Source: Candidatus Iainarchaeum sp.
GTDB taxonomy: Archaea; Iainarchaeota; Iainarchaeia; Iainarchaeales; UBA10191
Length of the DNA stretch: 10,024 nucleotides
Assembly (NCBI GenBank): GCA_030649735.1
Contig: JAUSFL010000033.1
Coordinates: 1-10,024, forward strand
Direction of reading: 5' to 3'
Shown: positions 1 to 8,180 of the stretch, one piece after another
Position numbering within the stretch: position 1 is the stretch's first letter
How the letters are laid out: the number at the start of each line of letters is the position of its first letter
The notes under the pieces: model-generated
Seen by the model: only the letters and a program-made list of their open reading frames with translations
The model's database searches: none
What the model was told of the DNA's origin: nothing
Made by a program: the position numbers and the translations under genes

Positions 1-18
1 AAACTTTCAAAAATCCAA

Positions 19-27
19 TTTTAAACC
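19..27 (+). promoter_or_regulatory. Putative TATA box for rfcS
   Basis: TTTTAAACC about 35 nt upstream of ATG 61, with an A-rich stretch (CAAAAA) just upstream. Position and motif only. Confidence 0.4.
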
Positions 28-60
28 TTTGTTTGAACAACTCTAATTACGGGTATTCTA

Positions 61-1044
61 ATGTCTGAGAAGGAATCTAATGGTCCAATGGAGCTTCCAT
101 GGGTTGAAAAGTACAGGCCTGAAAGGCTTGCTGATGTTGTAGGCCAGAAGGAAATTGCAAAGCGCCTGGAAAGCTATGTGAAAAACAGAAATTTGCCAAA
201 TCTCTTGTTTTCAGGCCCCGCGGGGGTTGGAAAAACAACTTCTTCAATTGCAATGGCGAAAGAATTGTTCGGCGGCTCTTTCCAGCAGAATTTTCTAGAG
301 CTTAACGCGTCTGACACTCGCGGAATTGAAGTAGTGCGCGGGGAAATCAAGGACTTTGCGCGCACTTTGGCGTTTGATTCTGGATTTAAAATAATTTTTC
401 TTGACGAAAGCGATGCTTTGACGCAAGACGCCCAGCAGGCGCTTAGAAGGACAATGGAAAAATACACGCGCACTGTGCGCTTTGTTTTAAGTTGCAATTA
501 TTCTTCCAAAATTATTGAGCCAATCCAAAGCCGCTGCGTTGTTTTCCGCTTCAAACCTTTAAGCTCTAAGGAAGTTGAAGAACGATTGAAAATGATTTGC
601 GCGAATGAGGGATTAAAGATTGAAGAGAAAGCGCTAAAGGCAATTTATTATGTTTCGCAAGGCGACTTGAGGAAAAGCATCAACATTTTGCAGGCTTCTT
701 CCTCATTCAGCAAAAGCATTACTGAAGAAAACGTTTACTCAGTCTCTTCGCGCGCAAGACCTGAAGAAATCAAGGAAATGATAAAGTTTGCCTTGAATGC
801 TGACTTTTTGAAAGCGCGCGAAAAGCTTGACTTTTTGCTTTTTGAGTATGGAATGAGCGGCGAAGACGTCATTTTGCAGCTTTACCGTGAAGTAATGGAC
901 TTGCCAGAGGATGAACTGCCTTCAAAGACAAAAATAGAGCTTGTAGATATTATTGGGGAATACAATTTTCGCCTTGTGGAAGGCGCTAGCGAGCGCATCC
1001 AGCTCGAGGCGCTTTTGGCGCAGTTTGGAAAATTCAAGAAGTGA
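61..1044 (+). CDS. rfcS: Replication factor C small subunit (PCNA clamp loader), intein-free
   Basis: PWVEKYRP, Walker [16 protein letters not shown], Walker [12 protein letters not shown] arginine finger and C-terminal RIQLEALLA; 327 aa. Alternative start at ATG 88. Confidence 0.97.
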   Translation: MSEKESNGPMELPWVEKYRPERLADVVGQKEIAKRLESYVKNRNLPNLLFSGPAGVGKTTSSIAMAKELFGGSFQQNFLELNASDTRGIEVVRGEIKDFARTLAFDSGFKIIFLDESDALTQDAQQALRRTMEKYTRTVRFVLSCNYSSKIIEPIQSRCVVFRFKPLSSKEVEERLKMICANEGLKIEEKALKAIYYVSQGDLRKSINILQASSSFSKSITEENVYSVSSRARPEEIKEMIKFALNADFLKAREKLDFLLFEYGMSGEDVILQLYREVMDLPEDELPSKTKIELVDIIGEYNFRLVEGASERIQLEALLAQFGKFKK

Positions 1045-1048
1045 GCCC

Positions 1049-1294
1049 ATGCTTGTAATTCCCAGAAAAAGCAAGGAAGTGCTTGACGAGGACACTGCAA
1101 TAAGGATTGCAGTAACTGCCGGAATTTCAGCTTACGGAAAGAAACTCATTGAAAGCGAGTTTCCATTTTTTGCAAGCCTTGAAGGAATTTCTTGGGTTGT
1201 GAGCGGAACTTCGCAGGATTTTGCGAAAGGGGTTTTGGAAGCCAAGATTTCAAAAAAAGACGGCCGAATAGTGAGCATTACACACAATCAATAA
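1049..1294 (+). CDS. Small NTF2-fold immunity-like protein (YbbC/YhhH-like), 81 aa
   Basis: ATG 1049 is 4 nt after the rfcS stop and in frame with track ORF 953..1294. DEDTAIRIA...AYGKKLIESEFPF.ASL....WVVSGT......GVLEAKISKKDGRIVSITH matches my recollection of this family's pattern; no HMM search was run. Confidence 0.72.
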   Translation: MLVIPRKSKEVLDEDTAIRIAVTAGISAYGKKLIESEFPFFASLEGISWVVSGTSQDFAKGVLEAKISKKDGRIVSITHNQ

Positions 1295-1315
1295 TTTGGG
1301 TTTTGGATTATTTTT

Positions 1316-2062
1316 ATGGATAATTTCAGGGGCAAGCAGTATTGGAATTACTGGCAGGAGATTGTCAAGGCTTCAGTAGTCCGCAATACTGTTGAAATTC
1401 CAGTACTCTTGGAAATTGCAGACTTTGAAGGAAAGAAATGCCTTGATGCAGGCGCAGGGGTTGGAAGAATTGCCTTCAAAATCAATGGGTTTGCAAAAGA
1501 AATTGTCTGCATTGATGAGAGCAAGGCCGCTTTGCAAACTTTGAAGGCAGAAATCAAAAAGCAAGGCTTGGGCAAAAAAATCAAGGCAAGGTTGGGAAAC
1601 ATCCGCAAGCTTCCTTTCAAGGACAATTCTTTTGACATTGTTTATTCCTTGTGGACAATCTATCATTTGAAGCAGGATTGGCAGGGAATTTTGGAAGAAT
1701 TGAACAGGGTTTGCAGGAAAGGCGGAGCAGTCATTGTTTGCTTTTCTGGGGGAAATGCAGACCTGCCGATTCTCGAGTCAATTGCAAGGAATGACTTGAA
1801 AGAAAGAAAAGCATTCAAGGGAAATGTTGTTTCCTTCTTGAAAAAAATTAATGGAAATTCTTTTTTCAAAATTGCACAATTGTCTTTTTGGTTCAAGAGT
1901 CCTGAATGGGCATTGAAGGTTTTTTCAGAGACTTTCCTGCGCTTCAGCAATTTTTCCAATGTCGTGGTAAAAAAGCGTTTTGCTTTCCTGAAAAAGCATT
2001 CTTCAAAAAAAGGCTGCGTCATAAGGCAAGAAGCAGTGTTTGCGTATTCTTTCAAGAAATAG
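1316..2062 (+). CDS. Class I SAM-dependent methyltransferase, substrate unknown
   Basis: Motif I CLDAGAGVGRIA, post-I VCIDES, LPFKDNSFDIVYS and ELNRVCRKGG; Lys/Phe-rich C-terminal half. Confidence 0.9.
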   Translation: MDNFRGKQYWNYWQEIVKASVVRNTVEIPVLLEIADFEGKKCLDAGAGVGRIAFKINGFAKEIVCIDESKAALQTLKAEIKKQGLGKKIKARLGNIRKLPFKDNSFDIVYSLWTIYHLKQDWQGILEELNRVCRKGGAVIVCFSGGNADLPILESIARNDLKERKAFKGNVVSFLKKINGNSFFKIAQLSFWFKSPEWALKVFSETFLRFSNFSNVVVKKRFAFLKKHSSKKGCVIRQEAVFAYSFKK

Positions 2063-2063
2063 T

Positions 2064-3293
2064 TCAGAAAAACTCGCTGATTCTTTTTTGGTGCAGCAAG
2101 TTGTCCAATAATTTGCTTTCTTTCTTGTATTTTGGAATTGGAATAGACAATTTTTTCTCCAAAAACTTGAGCACGAGCGGAAGTTCAAAGAAAGTCAGCG
2201 GCTTTTTCTTCAATGCGTCTCGCACGTTCTCGCGGATTTGGAAAACCCCGACCGGAATTTTGTAGCCTTCTCCAATTTCCCTGAATATTAGGGCGCCGGC
2301 TTGCCTTTTCCTGCGCATCAAGTGCTCTCCGACAGCAAGCCTTGCGGCATAATAAGCCCCTGCGACATTGTTTGCATATGTGGTGCGGCCGTTGTAAAAC
2401 TCATGGTCTTGAATCACTGTGGCTTCTTCCTCGCTTTGAGTCCATGCAGTGCCTGGCTTCCATGCCTCGAGCTGTTCAAACTGCCATTTTGTCGGCAAAA
2501 GCAATACCCAAAAGTCATTGTCCAAGTAGTTTGAGTGATAAAGCTCGAAGTAATCAATTGTTTCAAAGTCTTTTATCCTGTCAACCATTACTTCAGAAAT
2601 TTGCGAATCTACTGCTGTAATGCTCCAGCGCGTTGGAACAAATTTTCTTTGCTTTCCAATCCCGAAAATTCCAGCGCTCAAAAGCTTTGTGAGCGAGTGT
2701 ACTGGAATTCCCTTTGAGTATAAAGTTTTCAGTGCGTCAATTGATTTTGCGTCAGAGTCATAATAGAATTTTTCAACCTTGGGGTTGATTTTCGGGTTTT
2801 CCTGGAATTGCAAATCATCCAATTCCGCAACCATTCCTAAAGGCGCGACAGAGTCTGAAAAATTGAGCTCCAATTTTGGCGCGCTTTGCAATTGGAATTC
2901 AATGTCCATTTGCCTTTCGCTCATTGCCATTTCCTGCAAGTCTACTAAATCATAATTTGGGTTTGCGGCTTCAAAAGCGTTCACTGGAGTTCTTGCCTGC
3001 ACCAGGCTTTCCCTAAAGTGCACAAGGTCTTCCAAGCCATACCCAAACCATCTTTCCGGATTGTCCAATAAATCTGAATCGCGCATTGTAATTGTTGGGG
3101 AAAGCGGAGCGATTGTAATGAATGGGTAGTTTTTCCAGCTTGCGAAAAAGCCCGGCGGAGCGCTTCCGACAAACTCTTTTTCCTTGATTTCTTTCAGGAC
3201 TTTTTGCTTTGTCTGGAATTTTTCCAGAACAAAGCATTTTTCCCCACACCAAAGCCTTCCCTTGCATTTCAGGCACAAGCCTTTCGGAATCAT
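2064..3293 (-). CDS. nreA: Nre-family archaeal DNA repair protein (PCNA-interacting)
   Basis: N-terminal CxxCKGRxxCGxxC, KFVPTRWSITAVD, GAYYAARLAV, IPVGVFQIRENVR and C-terminal PIP box QKRISEFF; GGGGA RBS-like element upstream on the minus strand. Confidence 0.93.
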   Translation of the reverse strand: MIPKGLCLKCKGRLWCGEKCFVLEKFQTKQKVLKEIKEKEFVGSAPPGFFASWKNYPFITIAPLSPTITMRDSDLLDNPERWFGYGLEDLVHFRESLVQARTPVNAFEAANPNYDLVDLQEMAMSERQMDIEFQLQSAPKLELNFSDSVAPLGMVAELDDLQFQENPKINPKVEKFYYDSDAKSIDALKTLYSKGIPVHSLTKLLSAGIFGIGKQRKFVPTRWSITAVDSQISEVMVDRIKDFETIDYFELYHSNYLDNDFWVLLLPTKWQFEQLEAWKPGTAWTQSEEEATVIQDHEFYNGRTTYANNVAGAYYAARLAVGEHLMRRKRQAGALIFREIGEGYKIPVGVFQIRENVRDALKKKPLTFFELPLVLKFLEKKLSIPIPKYKKESKLLDNLLHQKRISEFF

Positions 3294-3355
3294 ATTTTCC
3301 CCATAATTAACCTTTTTTGCAATAGCTTTTAATTAACTTTTAGAGTAGAATTCCA
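3294..3355. promoter_or_regulatory. Divergent promoter region between nre and thrS
   Basis: 62-bp AT-rich spacer between divergent starts; palindromic TTAATTAA at 3329-3336; TAATTAAC occurs at 3304 and 3330. Confidence 0.55.
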
Positions 3356-5125
3356 TTGGTTTTTATCATGCCTTCAAAAAGCAAGGAAAGCAAAAAGCAG
3401 GAATTTCCTAAAGAAACAGTCTGGCATTCTGCAAGCCATGTTTTGGCTGCTGCTGTAAAAGAGCTTTTTCCCAACGCAAAGTTTGGGATTGGGCCCGCAA
3501 TTGAGGAAGGATTTTACTACGATTTTTCTGTCGAAAAGCCTTTTTCTCCGGAAGACTTGCAAAAAATAGAGAAAGCAGCCAATAAAATCATTGCAAGGGA
3601 TGAAAAGTTCGAGAGAAAAGAAATTTCCAAGAACGAAGCCTTGCAATTGTTCAATGGCCAGAAATTCAAGCAAGAACTAATTAACGAGCTTGAGGAAGGA
3701 AAAATTTCAATTTACGCCAATGGCTCTTTCACTGACTTGTGCAAAGGGCCTCATGTTGAAAAGGCAAAAGACATTGGAGTCTTGAAGGTTTTGAAAAGCT
3801 CTGCGGCTTATTGGAAAGGCGACCAGTCGCGCGAGAGCATGCAGAGAATTTACGGGATTTCTTTTCCAAGCCAGAAGGAAGTAGATGAATGGCTTGCCGC
3901 AAAAAAGGACGCAGAGGCAAGAAGCCACTTGAAGCTCGGGAAAGAGTTGAAATTATTTTTAATGTGCGGCGATGTCGGGGGAGGGCTTCCAATTTTCACC
4001 CCGCACGGCACAATAATCCGCGAAGAATTGATGAAATTTTTGCGTGAAGAACAGCTTAAGCGTGGCTATTTGCCTGTTGTCACTCCACACATCACTAAAG
4101 GCGAGCTTTACAAGATTTCAGGCCATTTGGAGAGCTACAAGGATTCAATGTTTCCTGCAATGAAGACTGAAGACGGCGAAGAGTATTATCTTAAGCCAAT
4201 GAATTGCCCGCATCACATTCAAATTTACAAAAGCGACTTGCGCTCTTACAAGGAATTGCCACTACGCTACACTGAGTTTGGGACAGTGTATAGGTATGAA
4301 AAGTCCGGAGAGCTCACTGGACTTACAAGAGTCAGGATGATAACGCAGGATGACGCGCACTTGTTCTGCAGGCCGGACCAAGTAAAGCAGGAAATCCTTG
4401 GAGTGATTGAAATTGTTTTGAAAATCTTCAAGATTCTGGGATTTAAGGAATATTCTGTAAGGTTTGGAACCAAGGACAGCAGCGACAAGTATGTTGGAAG
4501 CGACGAGCTTTGGAAAGGCGCTGAAAAAAACATTGAAGAGGCCTTGAAAGAGACTGGATTGAAGTATTACAAGGCCGAAGGCGAGGCCGCGTTTTACGGC
4601 CCGAAAATTGACTTTGTAGTAAAGGATGTTTTGGCAAGGGAATGGCAGCTTGGCACAATTCAAGTCGATTATAATTTGCCTGAAAGATTCGGGCTTTCCT
4701 ATATTGGAGAGGATGGAAAAGAGCACAGGCCAGTGATGATTCACCGCGCTCCATTCGGCTCTTTGGAAAGGTTTGAGGGAGTTTTGATAGAGCATTTTGC
4801 GGGAAAATTCCCGTTATGGCTTTCTCCAGTGCAAGTGAAAGTGATTACAGTGAATGATTCCTTCAATTCTCATGCTGAAGTTTTGGCGAAAGAATTCAAG
4901 GAAAAGAATGTCCGCGTTGACTTGGATTTGGACAATAATACAATGGGCTATAAAATTCGCGAGGCTCAATTGCAGAAAATTCCTTATGTTATTGTGATTG
5001 GGGAGCGGGAAGTCAAGGAAGATACAGTCACTGTGCGCGACCGCGCGGGAAAGCAGGAAACATTCAAGCAGGCTGATTTTTTGGCAAAAATCCTTAAAGA
5101 AATCGCGGAAAAAGCAATCAATTGA
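3356..5125 (+). CDS. thrS: Threonine--tRNA ligase, bacterial type with N2 editing domain and no TGS domain
   Basis: Editing motifs WHSASHVLA, GFYYDF and DLCKGPH; Zn ligand motifs KPMNCPHH, QDDAH and MIHRA; AAFYGPKID, WQLGTIQVD, and anticodon domain KIREAQLQKIPY. Start is TTG 3356 or ATG 3368. Confidence 0.97.
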   Translation: MVFIMPSKSKESKKQEFPKETVWHSASHVLAAAVKELFPNAKFGIGPAIEEGFYYDFSVEKPFSPEDLQKIEKAANKIIARDEKFERKEISKNEALQLFNGQKFKQELINELEEGKISIYANGSFTDLCKGPHVEKAKDIGVLKVLKSSAAYWKGDQSRESMQRIYGISFPSQKEVDEWLAAKKDAEARSHLKLGKELKLFLMCGDVGGGLPIFTPHGTIIREELMKFLREEQLKRGYLPVVTPHITKGELYKISGHLESYKDSMFPAMKTEDGEEYYLKPMNCPHHIQIYKSDLRSYKELPLRYTEFGTVYRYEKSGELTGLTRVRMITQDDAHLFCRPDQVKQEILGVIEIVLKIFKILGFKEYSVRFGTKDSSDKYVGSDELWKGAEKNIEEALKETGLKYYKAEGEAAFYGPKIDFVVKDVLAREWQLGTIQVDYNLPERFGLSYIGEDGKEHRPVMIHRAPFGSLERFEGVLIEHFAGKFPLWLSPVQVKVITVNDSFNSHAEVLAKEFKEKNVRVDLDLDNNTMGYKIREAQLQKIPYVIVIGEREVKEDTVTVRDRAGKQETFKQADFLAKILKEIAEKAIN

Positions 5126-5142
5126 TTTTTTCTTTTTTTTTT
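5126..5142 (+). terminator. Archaeal oligo-T intrinsic terminator of thrS
   Basis: TTTTTTCTTTTTTTTTT immediately after the TGA stop. Confidence 0.65.
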
Positions 5143-5159
5143 AAAGTTAGCTTTAAATA
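5143..5159 (+). promoter_or_regulatory. BRE/TATA promoter of the pilus operon
   Basis: TTTAAATA at 5152-5159 preceded by AAAG; RBS-like GGAGTTG at 5193-5199, 7 nt before TTG 5207. Confidence 0.6.
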
Positions 5160-5206
5160 CTCCAATTCTGTTTTCTTATCTGAGAATATTTTGGAGTTGC
5201 TTTTAA

Positions 5207-6952
5207 TTGACTGACTATCTGGATGATTTGATAAAGAAAGCAAAGGCTGCAAAAAAGCAGTCCGAGGCAGAAAGCATTGCTGAACCGCAGCGCAAGCCTG
5301 TTTTAGAGCCGAAAAATTCCCCAAAAAAGCAGGAAGTTTCCTGGGCGACAACTCCAGCAACCAATCCAGCAAGCAATCCATTGCCAACAAGGGACCCTTT
5401 TTCAAGTCCGGCGCAAATGCCAAGGCAGCAGGCCGGAATGGTTTCAACATCAGCCCCTTCTGAAGAAAACCCTGAAAAGTCTGCTTTAGAGGCAGAGCTT
5501 GAGAATGCAAAAAAAGTCGAGATTGCAAGCTATGGCGAAACCAAAATTTACAAGGTTGCAGGGCATCCAATGCTTTACTATTTTGTTCCAGTGCCAAGGC
5601 CGACAGCTTCTGAAAAGGCAATAATCAGCACAATCAAGGAAGCAGCAACGCGCCTGATTACAATCGCGCCTTACAGGATTCGCGATCCAGAGCAAAGAAA
5701 GAACGTTTACTACCAGCGCGTAATGGACATTTTGAAAAGCTCTCCGGAATTGAAAATCCCGCAGCATCGCTTTGACTTTTACGCCAATGCAGTGGTCAGG
5801 GACATGGTCGGCTATGGGCTGATTGACCCTTTGGTGAATGATGACAAATTGGAAGAAATAATGATTATTGGCCCGAAAATGCCAGTGTATGTTTTTCACA
5901 GAGAGTACGAAATGATGCTTACAAACATTGAATTCTTCAATGACAATGAAATCCAGGATTTGATAAACAGGGTTGCAAGGCAGATTGGAAGGAGAATTGA
6001 CATTTCAGCGCCGCTTTTGGATGCAAGGCTGCCTGACGGTTCCAGAGTGAACGCGACAATTCCACCGGCAAGCGTTCAAGGCTCGACTTTGACAATCAGG
6101 AAATTCAAGAAAGACCCTTACTCCTTGATTGACCTGATAAATTATAACACTTTAAGCGTTGAGGCCGCGGCTTTCTTGTGGACTGCTGTTGAAGGAGTTT
6201 CCACAACTCCGGCAAACATCCTCATTTCTGGAGGAACTGGCTCTGGAAAAACAACCTTGCTGAACGTGCTTTCTTCAATGATTCCTTCAAACGAGAGAAT
6301 AATTTCAATTGAAGACACTGCAGAGTTAAGCCTTCCGTTAAAGCATTGGGTCAGAATGGAAGCCAGGCCGCCTGGATTGGAAGGAAAGGGAGAATTGACA
6401 ATAGATATTCTTACAAAAAACTCTTTGAGAATGCGGCCTGACAGGATTATTGTCGGAGAAATAAGGCATGATGAAGCATTTACTTTATTCACTGCAATGA
6501 ATACTGGCCATGACGGAAGTATGGGAACAGTGCACGCCAATTCTGCGGCTGAAACAATCATTCGCGTGACAAACCCTCCAATGAATGTTCCTGAAGTAAT
6601 GCTTTCAGGGCTTGATTTTGTGATTATTGAAAACAGATTGCATGACAGGAAAAAAGGGACTATCAGGAGAGTTACAGAAATTTCTGAAGTCACTGGAGTT
6701 TTGGAAAAAAAGGCCCAAACCCAGACAATCTTTGAGCGCGATCCAACAGACGACACTTTGAAAAGAACCCAGATTCCAAGCCAGTTCATGGGCAAGCTTT
6801 GCCGCATGACTGGAATGACAAAAAAGCAGCTTGATGCAATAATTGAAGAGCGAACAGTGTTTTTGAAAAAGCTTGTTGACAGCAACATTCGCTCAATGCC
6901 TGAAGTGAGCTCTGCATTGCAGCATTATCTTTCTGAAAAAAGGTCTGAGTGA
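5207..6952 (+). CDS. Type IV pilus assembly ATPase (CpaF/TadA/VirB11 family)
   Basis: Walker A GGTGSGKTT, Asp box SIEDTAEL, Walker B RMRPDRIIVGE, His box GHDGSMGTVH, LDARLPDGSRVNA and LTIRKF. TTG start with RBS; Pro/Ala/Gln/Ser-rich N-terminus. Confidence 0.95.
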   Translation: MTDYLDDLIKKAKAAKKQSEAESIAEPQRKPVLEPKNSPKKQEVSWATTPATNPASNPLPTRDPFSSPAQMPRQQAGMVSTSAPSEENPEKSALEAELENAKKVEIASYGETKIYKVAGHPMLYYFVPVPRPTASEKAIISTIKEAATRLITIAPYRIRDPEQRKNVYYQRVMDILKSSPELKIPQHRFDFYANAVVRDMVGYGLIDPLVNDDKLEEIMIIGPKMPVYVFHREYEMMLTNIEFFNDNEIQDLINRVARQIGRRIDISAPLLDARLPDGSRVNATIPPASVQGSTLTIRKFKKDPYSLIDLINYNTLSVEAAAFLWTAVEGVSTTPANILISGGTGSGKTTLLNVLSSMIPSNERIISIEDTAELSLPLKHWVRMEARPPGLEGKGELTIDILTKNSLRMRPDRIIVGEIRHDEAFTLFTAMNTGHDGSMGTVHANSAAETIIRVTNPPMNVPEVMLSGLDFVIIENRLHDRKKGTIRRVTEISEVTGVLEKKAQTQTIFERDPTDDTLKRTQIPSQFMGKLCRMTGMTKKQLDAIIEERTVFLKKLVDSNIRSMPEVSSALQHYLSEKRSE

Positions 6953-6962
6953 ATTAAAGATT

Positions 6963-8165
6963 ATGGCTAAAGAACTTGACGCCTTGAAGAAAGGGATTGA
7001 GGAAAAAAAGCAGGCCAAGGATGGCGGGCAGGCAAGGGCTTCAGACCAGCCTCAGGAAAAGGCTTTTGAGTCAGTGGATCTAGATCAAGTGGAAAGAATT
7101 GTCGACAAAATGAAAAAAAAGTACTCTGAAGAAGGACTGAGCTTTGAGGAAGTCGGCGGAAACCTTTCAGAACTGCGCGGAATAATTGCCGAAGGAAAGC
7201 AGACTGGCGTGCAAATTCAAAGAGTTGAAGAACTGCAGGAATTCAAAAACCCGACTGTAAAGACCTTGGGCTCTTTTTACATGGCGTTAAGAAAGCCATT
7301 GTCCCCAATTGTCGCTTTCTTCAAAACATTGCCTGTAGTGAAAGAGCTTGGCTATTATTTGTATTCTGCAAACATGCAGTTTTCAGTCCAGCAGTACATT
7401 GCATTGACGACTTCGGTCTCGATAATTTTTGGCCTTATGATTTTCATTTCCGCGGGAATTCTGATCGCCATACTTTCAAAAGACTGGGACATTCTTCCAT
7501 TGCTTGCATATTCAATCCCGGTGATTCTTGGTTTTTTTTCATTCTTGTTTGTTGCGCTGATAATGTTTTTCATGCCTAAAGCCCAGGCTGAAAAGCGAGG
7601 AGAGGCAGTGTCTGCAGAATTGCCTTTTGCCTTAAGGCACATGGCGACTGAATTAAAGTCTGGAATTGGATTGTACAGGGCATTGCAGGCAATTGCAGTC
7701 GCAGACTATGGAGTCTTATCGCAGGAGTTTTCGCACACAATCGCTGAAATCGAGGAAGGGACTGACGCGCAGGACGCGTTAAGGCACTTGGCATTAAGGA
7801 CGCAAAGCAAGGCCTTGCGAACAGCGCTTACGCACATTGTGCGCGCCTTGAAGACTGGCGGAAACCTTTCTGAAGTAATGGGCAATATTGCGGAAGACGT
7901 CAGCTTTGAACTCCAGCAAAAAACCAAGGAGTTTGCGGAAAAAATGAATTTTTTCGGCGTCATTTTCATTTTCATGGCAATTGTCCTGCCAGTGTTTGTC
8001 GCAATTTTAGGCAGCATAAGGAATGCCCCTTTGGGCTCGAGCGGAAGCATGTTTTCCTCGCTTCCATTGGACCCAATGATGATTGCAATATTCTACCTTG
8101 CGGTAATGCCAATGATTTTGATTTACTTGATATTTTACCTGAAAATGTCACAGCCTAAAAGCTAA
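6963..8165 (+). CDS. Type IV pilus membrane platform protein (TadC/T2SS-F family) 1
   Basis: T2SS-F-like ELPFALRHMATELKSGIGL...ALKTGGNLSEVM, about four hydrophobic segments, charged N-terminal extension; directly follows the ATPase. Confidence 0.9.
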   Translation: MAKELDALKKGIEEKKQAKDGGQARASDQPQEKAFESVDLDQVERIVDKMKKKYSEEGLSFEEVGGNLSELRGIIAEGKQTGVQIQRVEELQEFKNPTVKTLGSFYMALRKPLSPIVAFFKTLPVVKELGYYLYSANMQFSVQQYIALTTSVSIIFGLMIFISAGILIAILSKDWDILPLLAYSIPVILGFFSFLFVALIMFFMPKAQAEKRGEAVSAELPFALRHMATELKSGIGLYRALQAIAVADYGVLSQEFSHTIAEIEEGTDAQDALRHLALRTQSKALRTALTHIVRALKTGGNLSEVMGNIAEDVSFELQQKTKEFAEKMNFFGVIFIFMAIVLPVFVAILGSIRNAPLGSSGSMFSSLPLDPMMIAIFYLAVMPMILIYLIFYLKMSQPKS

Positions 8166-8180
8166 AATGAGTTGAAAAAA

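Noticed and set aside
61-1044. Possible intein in RFC, a known intein host in archaea
   Set aside because: Length and motif spacing are normal, with no insertion.
953-1048. N-terminal extension of track ORF 953..1294
   Set aside because: Overlaps the conserved rfcS C-terminus by 92 nt; ATG 1049 gives a clean, domain-sized protein.
174-5899. Numerous short alternative-frame or antisense ORFs (for example 174..497, 1663..2055, 1906..2265, 4262..4795, 5118..5621)
   Set aside because: All lie mostly within well-supported genes and show no family motifs.
6142-6888. 248-aa minus-strand ORF
   Set aside because: Antisense shadow of the ATPase with no recognisable motifs.
7113-7539. A8 (7113-7120) and T8 (7532-7539) runs in the first TadC gene as phase-variation tracts
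   Set aside because: The runs are short, the frame is intact, and A/T runs are common throughout the window.
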